Below, one piece after another: positions 25,259-37,545 of a stretch of DNA of 64,000 nucleotides. This DNA comes from Octopus bimaculoides (Eukaryota): the NCBI RefSeq assembly GCF_001194135.2, contig NC_068989.1, positions 5,636,387-5,700,386 of the forward strand, given 5' to 3'. Made by a program: the position numbers and the translations under genes. Numbering within the stretch: the stretch's first letter is position 1; every line of letters begins with the position of its first letter. The notes under the pieces are model-generated. The model did no database searches. It was not told the DNA's origin and saw only the letters and a list, made by a program, of their open reading frames with translations.

Positions 25259-26709
25259 AAGAGAGAGAGAGAAAGAGAGACTGTATGCTGCAATTCTAGC
25301 AACGGCAGCCGATATGGTTGGTGTAGGACAATGGAACGGCAAGAGGTGTTAGATATAAGAAAGAATTTGAAGGTGGAAGAGGTGGATGCTGTGGTGGTGG
25401 TGGTGGTGGTGATGGTGGTGGTGGTTGGAACAGTTAAAGATTGAGATGTAAGAGGCTGATGGCTCTCAATGATGGTGACATGGTGGTGCAGTGGTGGTGA
25501 CGGTACATTAGCTGTCATGATGATGATGACGATGATAGTACTAGTGATGATACTAGTGGAAGGTGCGGGGTGGGGGTGGGGCGCTGTAACGAGTACCAGC
25601 AATGATGACACTGCTGTGATGATGGCTATGATGACAGTGGTGGTGGTGGTGACGATAGTGGTGGTGGTGGTGGAGGAGGAGAAGTTAAATGAATGAGTTG
25701 TGGTAGTGATGATGGTGTTGGTGGTGGTGGTGATGACAGTTGTGATGATAATAGTAGTGGAGGTGGTGGTGGTGGTGGTGGTCGTCGTCGTCATGACAAT
25801 AGTAGTGGGATGTATAAATGATAAATTGTTGTGAAAACAAAATAACAGCTGTCAGTGCTCATAGTAGTAGTAGTTGTTGTTGTTGTTTAGCCCCAGGTCA
25901 TCGTTGACTGAGCAGACTTATGACCCAAGATGTGCCAAAGATGTGTTTTGTGATGACAGCTGATGTGAAAATATTGGCCATTGATGACAGTGGGCGAAGA
26001 AGAAGAAGAAGAAAAGCGACATAGCGATGACAGCAGGTGAAGATGGTAGTCAAGTGATGACGATGACAGCAGGTGAGAATGGTTGTTGTGACAGGTAAAG
26101 AAAGGTGATCGGTGTGGATGACGGGGGGGGGGTCGAAGGCGGTGGTGGTGGTGGAGCTGCAGTGACTGGTCACTGGAGAGGTGATGGTCGTCATGACAAC
26201 TGTTTCTGAGTGGTAGCATCATATATTTTGTTGTTGATCTCCACTGGTCACCAGCCGCGGGAGAAGAGTTGACACAGAGAGTACCAGACAACTACCGCCA
26301 CCACCACCACCACCACCACTACTACTACTACTACTAATGATGATGATGATGATGATGGTCATAATAATGATAATCATAATACCACCACCACCACCACATT
26401 TACTACTACTACCATTACCACAAGCATCACCACTTCCACCACCACCACCACCACTACTACTATTACTACTACAACTACTACCACCACTAACACTGCCACA
26501 AGCATCACTACTTCCACCACCACCACTGCTGTTATTACTACTACTACTACCACCACCGCCACCACCACTGTCACAAACATCACTACTTCTACTACCACCA
26601 TCACCACTACTACTACCACTACTACTACTACTACTACCACAGCCACCACCACCACCACCACTGTCACAGACATCACTACTTCTACCACCACAACCACCAT
26701 CACCACCAT

Positions 26710-26754
<45 letters not shown>

Positions 26755-27320
26755 ACGAACGCTTGTGCGCCCAGATGACAATGCTAGTGATGGCTCTTTC
26801 TTCAGACTTCTTAACTGCATGCAGCAGCAATGACACAGAAGCAGCAGTAGCAGCGAGTCCTGTTGTAGAAGCAGCAGCAGCAACAGAAATCAGTTGCAGC
26901 TGCAACTGCAATGGCAGTCTGAATACTATGGTAACAACCACAACACCACAAAACCCCCCCCCAAAAAACCAGCCTCTGCAGCAGAGCAAACAACAACAAC
27001 AACAACGACGACACTAGTGTTTGAAATAGTAGCAGCAGTAGTAGTAGTTGCAGTAGTAGTAATAGTAGCACTAGTAGTAGTAGTAGTAGTAGTAGTAGCA
27101 GTAGAAATAGAAGCAGCAGCTGTAGTAGTAGTAGTAGTACTAGTAGTAGTAGTAGTAGCAGCAGCAGCAGTAGAAATAGTAGAAGCAGTAGTAGTAGTAG
27201 TAGTAGTAGGAAAGCAGTAATAGTAGTAGTGGTAGTGGTAGTACTGCTGCTGGAAATAGTGGAGGTAGTAGTTATAATTGTGGAAGAAGAAGAAGAACAA
27301 CAACAACAACAGCAGCAGCA
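25150..27320. repeat. Mosaic of (GA)n and trinucleotide tracts (GGT/GAT, CAC/CTA, AGT, CAA/CAG)
   Basis: Direct reading. Source of all long ORFs in this interval. Confidence 0.9.
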
Positions 27321-27769
27321 GCAACAACTGCAAATTTACTTGCAGCGTTACAGCAATCATTGTTAACACTGGCGCCGTCGCCACCACCTTCCTCTAATAT
27401 GGCAACAACTGTATATGACCCACTCTGGTTGACCTGTTGGTAATAGCAGCCAAATCTCCCTCACTCAAATCACATCCTACCATCTTAAAATAGAGTACAT
27501 GTTAGATAATGCTGGCTCTGGGAGTTGTTTGCACAAAGAAAATAAACAGGATGGTCATGGTTAGAACAACCATAGGTTTGCTCAATCCGGGTTAACTTGA
27601 GGCTTGATAACAGAAACAAACACAGGGCACCGCAAGATGGCTTATTTGATGGCATAAACAAAAAGGGGACAGATTAGATGAACCCCCAATTTCAGGGGTG
27701 CATACCCGGAAAAAACATGTTATATTAGCATGAGAAAGGATCTACAAATGTTGGTATTCACAGAGGGGT

Positions 27770-28115
27770 TGGCAGGGGACTGAGGCTCCTGGTGATTTGC
27801 TGTGCTTGAAAAGATACATCAAAATAAGTAAAAGCACAGTTACCCTTGCATACAGGCTCATCCCTTGCAACCCTCTCCAGCTGAGCATCCCTAATCTTGC
27901 AGGTTCGTAAGTGCTGGTGTCACTTAAAAAGCACCCATGCTGGGTGCTGTCTGAAAGCACCCAGTATACTCTGTAAAGCAGTTGGCATTTGCAAGGGTAT
28001 CCAACCGTATTAACCATGCCAAACCAGACATGGAGCCTGAACAGCCCTTCAGCTCCTATCAAACCATCCAACCCATGCCAGCATGAAAAACGGACGTTAA
28101 ATGATGATGGTGATG
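27770..28115 (+). mobile_element. RTE 3'-UTR repeat
   Basis: Ends aacccatgccagcatgaaaaacggacgttaaatgatgatgg. Confidence 0.8.
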
Positions 28116-28281
28116 AGAAGCCCAACTTTGCATGTTAGAACCTAGGGTGAATTTTCTGAGACATTTTTCTTGAAAAAAGTGCATCTTATGGGTCATCAAA
28201 TATACATGGAATGAACTCAAATGGGAGACCTCTATGTGGTCATTTGACTTGCTAGTAAAAGCTGCCAAATTTCTTCTAAAT

Positions 28282-28380
28282 CAGTGGTCCCAATCTATTT
28301 TTTGCACCATGGACTGGTTTCCTGCAAGGCAATTTTACTAGAGAGTGGAGGATCACGCTCACAACAAAACATGATAAAGT
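28282..28380 (+). mobile_element. hAT (Charlie-like) element 5' fragment
   Basis: CAGTGGTCCCAATCT start followed by a ccatggactggttt motif. Confidence 0.4.
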
Positions 28381-28424
28381 GCATAACACGTTAATTCAAT
28401 TATTACATGTAAAGTACATATATA

Positions 28425-29580
28425 TTGGTTTCAAATTTTGGTACAAGGCCAGAAATATCAGGGGAGGAGGGGATAAGTTGATTACATTGACCCCAGTGTA
28501 TAACTGGTACTTATTTCATTGACCCTGAAAGGATGAATGGCAAAGTCAACTTCGGTAGAATTTGAACACAGAACACAGAGACAGACGAAATGGCGTGGTA
28601 ACAAATTTGCCGACTCACTCCCTTATAATACATAAATATTCTTTTCTACTCTAGGCACAAGGCCCGAAATTTTGGGGGAGGGGGCCATTTGATTAGATCA
28701 ACCCAATACGCAACTGGTACTTAATTTATTGACTCCGAAAGGATGAAAGGCAAAGTCAACCTCAGCGGAATTTAAACTCAGAACATAAATTCAGACAAAA
28801 TACCGCTAAGCATTTTGCCCGGCATGCTAACGTTTCTTATTTCTTTATTTCCCATAAGGGGCTAAACATAGAAGACACTTGCCCAAGGTGCCACACAGTG
28901 GGACTGATAATGATAATAATTATTTGTGTTATAGGCACAAGGCCTGAAAGTTTCAGAGACGGGCTTAGTCAATTATATTGATTCCAGTGATCAGGTGATT
29001 CCAGTGATCAGGTGATTCCAGTGATCAGGTGATTCCAGTGATCAGGTGATTCCAGTGATCAGGTGATTCCAGAGATGAACCCTTAAAGAATGAAAAGCAA
29101 AGTTGACCTCAGCAGGATTTGAACTTAGAATGTGATGTCAAACAAAATGCCTCTGAGCATTTTGTTTGACACGGTAATGATTCTATCAACTCACTGCCTA
29201 CATAATTCTTTATGTTATAGGCACAAGGCCTGGAATTTTGATGGGAGGGGAGCCTGTCGATCATATCAACCCTGGTCTCAACCGATACTTATTTCACAAA
29301 CCCTAAAACGAAGAAAGGCAGAATTTGGACTCAGAATGTAAAGTCAGAAAAAAATGCTGTTGAGTATTTTGTACAGTGTGCTAACCATTCTGCTAGTTTG
29401 CCTTCTTCTTCTTATAACAACAACAACAACAATAACAATGGCTTCTGGTTTAGGCACAACGCCAGCAATTGTGAGAGGAAGTATAAGTCGATGCCATTGT
29501 CTTCAAAAGATCAAAGGCAAAGTTAACCCTGGTTGAAGTTGAACTCAGTGCACCTTCCATTGTTCTAATGATTCTGCTAG
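28425..29580 (-). mobile_element. Head-to-tail cluster of about five SINE family B copies
   Basis: (g/t)gcacaaggcc 3' ends recur at ~28440, 28675, 28935, 29220 and 29455, each followed by the gaactcagaa B-box region. Confidence 0.85.
28980..29072. repeat. 17-bp minisatellite, 5.5 copies
   Basis: Five exact copies of GATTCCAGTGATCAGGT plus GATTCCAG. Confidence 0.95.
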
Positions 29581-29589
29581 CACACCAAA

Positions 29590-30010
29590 ATACTGATAGA
29601 AAGGAGCCGGTATAAAGAATACACCAGTTTTGAGAAATAACATGATAGCCATTTTATAAGATATTCCAACTGATACAGACAGGTAAATGAAGACAAATTG
29701 ACCAGATATTGTTGTTAAAGACCACTAGGAAATTAAATGCTTCCTAATTGGTGTATCAATTTCAACAGATGACAAAATACATTTCTAAAAGAAATGAAGA
29801 AATTGACTGTCTGGAAATAGAAAAAAAAAAAAAAATCCCAGAAATATGAGGACAGAATAGAAAAATAATCGACAATAATCAAAGGTGACTTGGGAATGGT
29901 ATAAATAAAAATAAATACAAAGCCATTTAGTGAAAGATAAAACCCAAATATCAAAAGTGACACATATATCTAACATTACAAAACAGAATGACATATAAAG
30001 TATTTTAAAT
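29590..30010 (+). mobile_element. R4/Dong-clade retrotransposon, RLE endonuclease fragment
   Basis: ENNMIAIL*DIPTDTDR*MKTN*PDIVVKDH*EIKCFLIGVSISTDD matches the W-D...NRPDIV...CxLIDxxxPxD RLE motif. Confidence 0.8.
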
Positions 30011-30251
30011 ACAAAAGAGAAAAAAAAAAAAAATACAAAGCACTATAGATGCACCAAGTGCACCAAACTGTTATTTGCAGCGTAGTGAAAGCATGTAACT
30101 GAAACAATACTCTTTTACATGTTTCAGTCATTTGACAGCGGCCATACTGGAATATTTTCCTCAGTGGAATTTGAACTCAGAGCGTAAAAATGGATGAAAT
30201 ACAGCTAAGCATTTCACCTGGCATCCTAACGATTCTGCCAGCTCACTGCCT

Positions 30252-30312
<61 letters not shown>

Positions 30313-30679
30313 AATAATTTATATGCAGTGTAGTTGGCTGATTAGTATAAGAATGAAGCAGAGGAGCAAGAAAAAATATATACATTTTTTTTTCCTAATT
30401 AAGGAAACAATAAAGCTAATTATACACACATACACAATATGCTTGATTAAAGACAAAACAAGTGAAAAGTTTAAGAAAAAAAGAAAAAAATGAAAAATAA
30501 AAATGAGATAAAATCCAGGTGGAACTTTACAATAAAACTATTGAAGAAAAAAAAAATGGAAAAAAAAAGCATCTCTCCCTGGTCAGAAATCTGCTCTAAG
30601 ATCACTGGATAGAGAAGAAATGATTGAATAAAAGAGCACAACAACAGCTTGAAATTACTGAACTAAAGATAAAAATGGG

Positions 30680-30920
30680 ATGTCTGGCTTTAGCTACACA
30701 AGATCAATGGCTAGCCATGAGTAAGAACAAAAAGAAAAAAACAAAATCTATGAATGATAAAGGAAATAAATAAGAGACTAATGTTGAGTAAAGATTATCT
30801 AATCAGCATAAAGAAATAATCGGCTACATCATTTCCTGCTGGCCAGTCCTCACAAAAACAGAATATATATCCATAGACATGACTGGGTATATAGCAGTAT
30901 TGATTGGGTAGCAATGCAGA
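30680..30920 (+). mobile_element. R4/Dong-clade fragment (CCHC region)
   Basis: LATQDQWL...YIISCWPVLTKTEY/IHRHDWV, cf. QDQ...HIISGCPxLAxxEYxxRHD. Confidence 0.65.
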
Positions 30921-31755
30921 TGTTTCCTCTTCAAAGCTGGTAATAAATGGTATAAACGCTCACCAAATTTAGTATGTAACCAAAGGCATCATCATCATCA
31001 GCAGCAGCAACATCTACCATCCATGTTCCATACTGTTTGATAGGAGCCAGTGATCCACAGGACCACTTCGAGCTCCCTGTCAGCTTTGGTATAGTTTTTT
31101 TATGACTGGATGCCCTTCCTAATGCCAACCACTTTACAGTGTGTAATGGTTTTCTTTTTCCACATCCCTGATGCTAGGGAGGTTGCTATGCAGCTTGTAA
31201 GATTACAAAACCCGAGGGAAGGGCTTGACTTTATTCTAAGAAAATGAAAGCAACAGCATGAGAAAAGGATGGGGCTGTGTAGCTTTTTGTTTTAGGGCTA
31301 TTCACATTGAGAAGGAAGTTAGAAATTGTTGTATAATGAAACTGTATATCCCTCCCAATAGAAAGTGGTAAGAATGAGCCATTATAAATATACCAGTAGC
31401 CAGTTGTCAAGAGAGTCGAGAGTTCCAGTCAGTGCCTTGTGGAGCTATTAGTGATAGTAAGACAGAAGTTAGTGCATTACTATTCCGGTACGAAGAGATA
31501 CAACGATATCTGATGACTAGTAACTATTGTGGCTACTAGTGTAAAGCAGCAACTACAGTACAATGGCAGCCACACATCATACCAGTGGAAGGAACCCACT
31601 TTACAACAGAAATGTACCTACAGTAGCTGCAAAGATATAAACAGTGGTGATGAGGTGTCCAGGTGGCCCCTCAAAGTACAGAGAAAATGGTAGTGAGTGG
31701 AAACAGTAAAACCAGGAGTGTGGGTGTGGAAGAGTTAGGGAAAATAGGAGAGGGG

Positions 31756-31913
31756 CACTAGTGTAGCTAAGGGGTGCAGTAGGGGTGGGACTTTTAAAGG
31801 GGAGGCACTTTTGGGTCTGCTGTAGGCAATATGTGTTTTTTGTGGGGTGTGGGAGTAGCAAATGGAAGGGCCGCCCTGGGCGGTCCTTCCATTTGCCACT
31901 CCCACACCCCACA
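31756..31913. mobile_element. hAT-like end terminating in a 73-bp palindrome
   Basis: cactagtgtagctaaggggtgcag start. Arms 31841-31876 and 31878-31913. Confidence 0.55.
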
Positions 31914-31924
31914 TTTTATTCTTT

Positions 31925-32167
31925 TTATTTTTGTATTCTTTTACTTGTTTCAGTCATTTGACTGCGGCCATGCTGGAGCACTGCCTTTAGTCAAACGAAT
32001 CGATCCCTAGACTTACTCTTTGTATGTCTAGTACTTATTCAATCGGTCTCTTTTGCCAAACTGCTAAGTTACGAGGACGTAAAAACACCAACCCCAGTTA
32101 TCAAATGATAGTGGGGGGGGGGCACAAACACAGACACACACACAAACACACACACATGCACATGCAT

Positions 32168-32200
<33 letters not shown>

Positions 32201-32380
32201 TATATATACGATGGGCTTCTTTCAGTTTCCTTCTTCTAAATCCACTCACAAAGCTTTGGTCAGCCCAAGGCTATAGTAGAAGACACTTGCCCAAGGTGCC
32301 ACACAGTGGGACTGAACCCAGAACCATGTGGTTGAGAAGCAAGCTTCTTACCACACAGCCACACCCGCGCCTGGAAGCAA
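31925..32380 (-). mobile_element. SINE family A, full length
   Basis: Tail, internal (CA)n and tRNA-like head all present. Confidence 0.9.
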
Positions 32381-32559
32381 AAAATAAATAAAATCCTTTA
32401 ACAATTTACATCAGTGGAACCATTTAGGTTAAGATATTTTGGGGAAAAAAATAAAAAGGAATGTTTGTAAGAGAACAGGGTATTTCAATTAGATTGCAAT
32501 GAATTTTATAGGGACATTATAATGGGGAAAAACTCCCAATGAAAGACTGAGAAACATGA

Positions 32560-32760
32560 ACGAAACCTGAAGCATGCAGGAGGGAATATGGAACAAACCA
32601 TTCAACAGAATGAAAGAGAAGCATAATGGTTCAGGAGAGAAGCAAGAGAATATAAAAGTGCCACAACTATGGCCTAACATTACTGAAATGGAATTTACCA
32701 GAACATTAAAAACTGCAAGTAAATGGAAAAAGCTTTGGGATGGAACACATTTTTGTTTGA
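32560..32760 (+). mobile_element. R4/Dong-clade fragment upstream of RT
   Basis: EGIWNKP...QLWPNITEMEFTRTLKTASKWK, cf. W..IW...W..IT..E....LK...NWKxPG. Confidence 0.6.
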
Positions 32761-33829
32761 AGCACCTCACCTGTTTTATTTACCTTTTGTTTTTATAAAA
32801 TGTTTTTGAGTTCTAGGATTCACAAGACCGATTATTCGGTTCCTATGGTGTATAAGTAACTGAGATCACAACATGACCCCTGCTGAATGGGATGCAGATC
32901 TGTTGCTGGGCTCAATACTAACAACTTTGAAAGGGGGGGACATCTCAACCTTAGTGCTTGACAGGTACTTTATTTTATCAACTCTAAAGTGATAAAAAGC
33001 AAAGTCAACCTTAGTGGGATTTGAACTCAGAACATAAAGAGCCAGAAGAGAAGCCACTAAGCATTTTGTCTGACTTGCTAATGGTTCTGCCAGTTTGTTG
33101 CCTTTACCAGATCAGTATCCATGAGTATATTGTGGTATCATTTAATGAAATGGTTAGTAGATCAGAATCAACACCTGATTAACTGGTAGGTGAGGGGCAG
33201 CATTAAGTTCCAAACTCAAAAACACGAGAGGTCCCCAAAATCATAGATAAATTACTTGTTTGCCAAGAACAAACAAAGCTCTTCCATCGATACTCTATAA
33301 TAGGCAGGTCACTCACCTACGACCGATAGAAAAAACAGAAAGGATTGTTAATAAGGGATGTATTGTTGCAACGTGCAGCTACAAGCGAACCAAGCTATTA
33401 TATAGGAAATAGTAAAACAGAAAACAAAAACCATGGCAAAGCTTGAATTGATTACCAAGAAAAAAAGAAATTGATAGAATACACTATCATCTCAGAAATT
33501 AAACACACCATTGTCATCATCATCATCATCACCATTAGTTTCTTTTCTCTATACATGTCAGAAAATAATGAAGTACAAACTAAAATGTAACTGCACTGAA
33601 GAATAAGACTTGGATAATGACAAAACATCAGAAAAGGTTTAAAAAAAAGAAGACAAAATGGATTTCTGAAATATATAGCAAAAACAAAAATAAAGTAAAG
33701 AAAACAAAAATCAAAGTAAAAACCAATCTATGGTGAATAGCATGAGAGTAAAAGCCAAAAATGGTTTAATGGTTTGGAGTAAAATGTAACTGAAGGTGAG
33801 ATTTTAATTATACAGGATGAAGCTGGGCC

Positions 33830-34310
33830 ACAAAAAAACTACAAAAATAAGAAAACATGCAAAGATCAAGTGTAGTCTTTGTAGTCATGAGATTGATAGA
33901 AGTGACGGCATCATCTCTAGCTGCCCAGCCTTGGAAAAAATGTCTACATTCACAGACATGATTGAGTCAATAGTCATAGCCATGGGGAAATATGCTGAGC
34001 ACAATGTGAAAAGGATTATGGAGTGACATAAGAATGTACCAGACATTGTACTTGGCAATAAATTGTCCACAATGAGCCAAATATTCCGGTCCAGACTGAT
34101 ATAAGATCAAGATAAACTGTTTGGACATAATAACCAACAACTGGAGAGGAAATGTTTTTATTCTGAGAGACATCTCAATCCCTTCTGGTCAAAACATTGC
34201 CCAAAACGAGACAGAGAAGCTGTCGAAATACAAAGACCTACAAATTGAATAAGTAGTGTTGGGCATGGATGTAAACATAATACCAACAGCAATTGAGTCC
34301 CAGATATGGA
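33830..34310 (+). mobile_element. R4/Dong-clade fragment (CCHC and RLE)
   Basis: KCSLCSHE...IISSCPALEK/YIHRHD...PVQTD...DISIPSGQNIAQNETEKLSKYKDLQIE. Confidence 0.8.
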
Positions 34311-34749
34311 GGATACACAAGATCACCCATAGGGATAGAACCATGAGCTCTGAAATCCTGAGAAGAGCCAATCTGTGAGGGCTGCTGGAGACTGTGGCAG
34401 AAGAGGGAGACTTACAGGAAAGGTTTTCTTACTGCCAGAAGAACAAACACCCAAGACAGCTTAGTAAGATAACAGGGTAATGCTGTTAGAAGGGTAGTTG
34501 GGGCAGAAGATGGAAAGAAATACAAAAAAAAAACAACTTTACTTTTTATCTGTTTCAGTGGGTAAGTCAATTACATTGAACCCAGTCCTCAACTGGTACT
34601 CATTTCATTGATCCAAAAGGATGAAAAGCTAAGTCAACCTTTGGAATTTGAATTCAGAACATAAAGATGGACAAAATGCTGCTAAGCATTTTGTCCAGTA
34701 TGCTAGCAATTCTGCTAGCTCACCACCTTAATAATAATGATGATGATGA

Positions 34750-34934
34750 TACATGGAACAAATAGGGGCTGCAATAAGGGTGAAGCACTTGCAAAAAACA
34801 GCACTGCTTGGAACTGCTCGAATACTCGGGAAGGTGCTCGAAAAATAAGAGGTGTTACCTTAGTCCACTGGTAGTGAACAGCTGACACCGTAGTACATCT
34901 CCAGTGTTAGAAGCTATGCAAAAGCAATAAAATG

Positions 34935-34969
<35 letters not shown>

Positions 34970-34970
34970 C
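34750..34970 (+). mobile_element. Well-preserved 5'-truncated R4/Dong-clade 3' end with (TAA)n tail
   Basis: Intact YMEQIGAAIRVKHLQKTALLGTARILGKVLEK* (stop 34846-34848), short 3' UTR and (TAA)n tail. Preceded by TAA/TGA repeats. Confidence 0.85.
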
Positions 34971-35459
34971 ATCATCATCATCATCCGTTATACAATAACC
35001 ATGTGATGAAATAACTTTAGCAACAACAACAACAAACAATAGAACAACACATACTCTACCCCAGTGTTTCCCCAATTGGAGCCATATTATCCTAAAGGTG
35101 CTATGGCAAAATTCAATAGGAACACAGGAAAAAAATGGGGAATTAGGAGTGGAGAACAGGCTCAGTAAAGGGGGATGCACAACTACCTTGCTGTCTCTTT
35201 CTAAAATTTTCCATTGCAGTCTGTTTTTCTTTAAAATTTACACGCAAATACACACTTACACCATGGGCTTGGGAACAGGAGGCGTAGGGGAGCAAGCACA
35301 CTTTAAAATTTAGTGGTGGTGGTGGTGGTAGTGGGGCAATGAAGACACTTTGAACATTCTCCTGAAAAACTGGGTTTGCACCCCTTTAGCAAATTTCATT
35401 GCTGCACATATGAATTACACACACACACACACACATAATGCATTTCTACATCTTAAGTT

Positions 35460-35770
35460 GCATCATGACAGAAAAAAAAAATAAAAGGATTTCATTTGAC
35501 ACCTTGATAATAATTTTTCCTTGATGAATAAAGTATCAAGTTGGCGCTGGAAAGTCTTGTATGAATTAAATATTAGTGCTTTGAAGTTCAGTATATCCAG
35601 TGACAATCTCTGAGGGTAATTGCCTGCATTACTTTGAGATAGTGTTGTAATGTTTCTGAATAGCAAGCAGCTTAGGGAAGACATCCTAACTGCCAAATAT
35701 CACAGATTCTATTTTACAAATATATTTGAAAAGCTAAATTCGCTGCACAAACAGTGATAAGGTAAAATTA
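35460..35770 (+). mobile_element. Degenerate hAT transposase fragment
   Basis: FTNIFEKLNSLHKQ**GK resembles the DIFxKLNxLNxxLQG motif of Charlie/ZBED-type transposases. Confidence 0.45.
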
Positions 35771-35779
35771 ATTTACGAA

Positions 35780-36095
35780 CGTTGGGCCTCACGGAAGCAA
35801 TGATCAAGACCTTTGGAATTATGTCTTACTTGAGAAGAAGACCCATCAAGCTGAGCAAAATCGTAGTTGTAGCAGATACTGGTGTCACGCAAATGACATC
35901 CGTGCCAGTGGCATGTAAAAGCACCCATTACACTCTTGAAGTGGTTGGCATTAGGAAGGGCATTTAGCTGTAGAGAACCATGCCAAATCAGACTGGAGTC
36001 TGGAGCAGCCTTTCAGTGTGCCAGCCCAGTCAAACTGTCCAACCCATGCCAGCATGGACAGCAAATGTTAAATGATGATGATGATGATGATGCTA
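35780..36095 (+). mobile_element. RTE 3'-UTR repeat
   Basis: Typical body with a (GAT)n tail at 36070-36095. Confidence 0.8.
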
Positions 36096-37304
36096 TAAGT
36101 GTTTCGTTTGGAAAACCTAATCTATTTAGGAGAAATACTGGGTGGTGGTGATGGTGGGAGGGAAACACAGTGACAAACACACACATGCATCAGCATGGCC
36201 GCAGCTCTAAGCTAAAACTATAAAACAAAAAAAAAAATACACACACACACACGTTTCCTATTTCTTTACCTATTCTTTACCTATTTCATCCGGCGTGCTA
36301 ATGTTTCTGCCAGCTCACCGCCTTATACACACATGATGTTTCCATCTACCAAAACCACCCACAAGTAGAAGACACTAACCCAAGGTGCCACACAGTGGGA
36401 TTGAACCGGGAGCCATGTAGTTGAGAAGCAAGCCCCTAACCAAACACCTACGCTGAGGAATTTTAGTTTTATGCTCAAAATGTGATAATTTTTTTTAGAA
36501 GTTATTAATTTTCTGAGAATGAATACACGTTTTTTTGTTTTTTGTTATGTATGTCACAGCAGAAAAATAATTTATGATTATAAATGGCTGTTTTAAGAAA
36601 TCCACAAAATACTTTTGTTTTCATGAAATAGAATAACAGAGAATAATGTCCAATTAAGAGACACTGATATTTTTATGGAGATTATTATATTAATGGTAAA
36701 AAAAAATGGGTTACCATTCCAAAAAAAAAAAAAAAAAAATCCTTATTTGTTGTAATGTTTTTTTTCGCCAAAATTGCTTTTATTACAAATAATACATTTG
36801 GTAAAATATTCCTAGAAATAATTTTCATGATAATAAAACTAATTTAAAACAATTTACATTTAAACTTTCATTATTTTTCTTTGATAAATTTCATTTTTAT
36901 TAAAGGTTTTTAATTTTTCTAAAGTTGGCCTCTTTCTACTATAAACCTTTTATGACAAAATAACGCTGTCTAAGGAGCCACAAAATAATTCAAGATCCCA
37001 AGGGGTGGGTGGCGCCATGAGCTAAAATGGCTGTGAGTTAGTGTTCTGTATNNNNNNNNNNNNNNNNNNNNNNNNNNNNNNNNNNNNNNNNNNNNNNNNN
37101 NNNNNNNNNNNNNNNNNNNNNNNNNNNNNNNNNNNNNNNNNNNNNNNNNNNNNNNNNNNNNNNNNNNNNNNNNNNNNNNNNNNNNNNNNNNNNNNNNNNN
37201 NNNNNNNNNNNNNNNNNNNNNNNNNNNNNNNNNNNNNNNNNNNNNNNNNNNNNNNNNNNNNNNNNNNNNNNNNNNNNNNNNATTGCACACACACACACAC
37301 ACAC

Positions 37305-37545
37305 GTTTTTCAGAATGTAACCACATGTGAATCATTGGTGATTTTTTTTCCTCCGTCTTCCTTTCCTCTTGGACTTTCCTCTGTCTCCTGTTTCTGAAGA
37401 AGAGCTTTGCTCGAAATGTAAAACCACTTTTCTTTCCTTCCCTGAGCGTCTGCTAATACTTTACATGTACCATGTCCTTGCATTGTTGTTTTTCTGTGTT
37501 TGTTCTTCATTTTTGGGGATTTACTATATATACATATAAATACAT
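37305..37545 (+). mobile_element. Penelope-like terminal repeat fragment containing a hammerhead motif
   Basis: CTGAAGA-A-GAGC-TTT-GCTC-GAAATGTA embedded in a pyrimidine-rich repeat. PLE identity is inferred from the motif. Confidence 0.6.
37390..37424 (+). ncRNA. Minimal type I hammerhead ribozyme-like motif
   Basis: Stem I GTTT/AAAC, core CUGAAGA, stem II GAGC/GCUC, GAAA, loopless 2-bp stem III, GUA triplet. Confidence 0.6.

Noticed and set aside
26270-26833. Mucin-like Thr-rich open frame
   Set aside because: ACC/ACT repeats lack stops in every frame on that strand, and there is no start or splice support.
28980-29072. CRISPR-like array, also considered for 24718 and 61516
   Set aside because: No unique spacers, eukaryotic context, and units derive from SINE/LINE sequence.
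31520-31555. CTGATGA followed by a hairpin (hammerhead candidate); similar hits at ~37770, ~39925 and ~41670
   Set aside because: No correctly placed GAAA or stems I and III.
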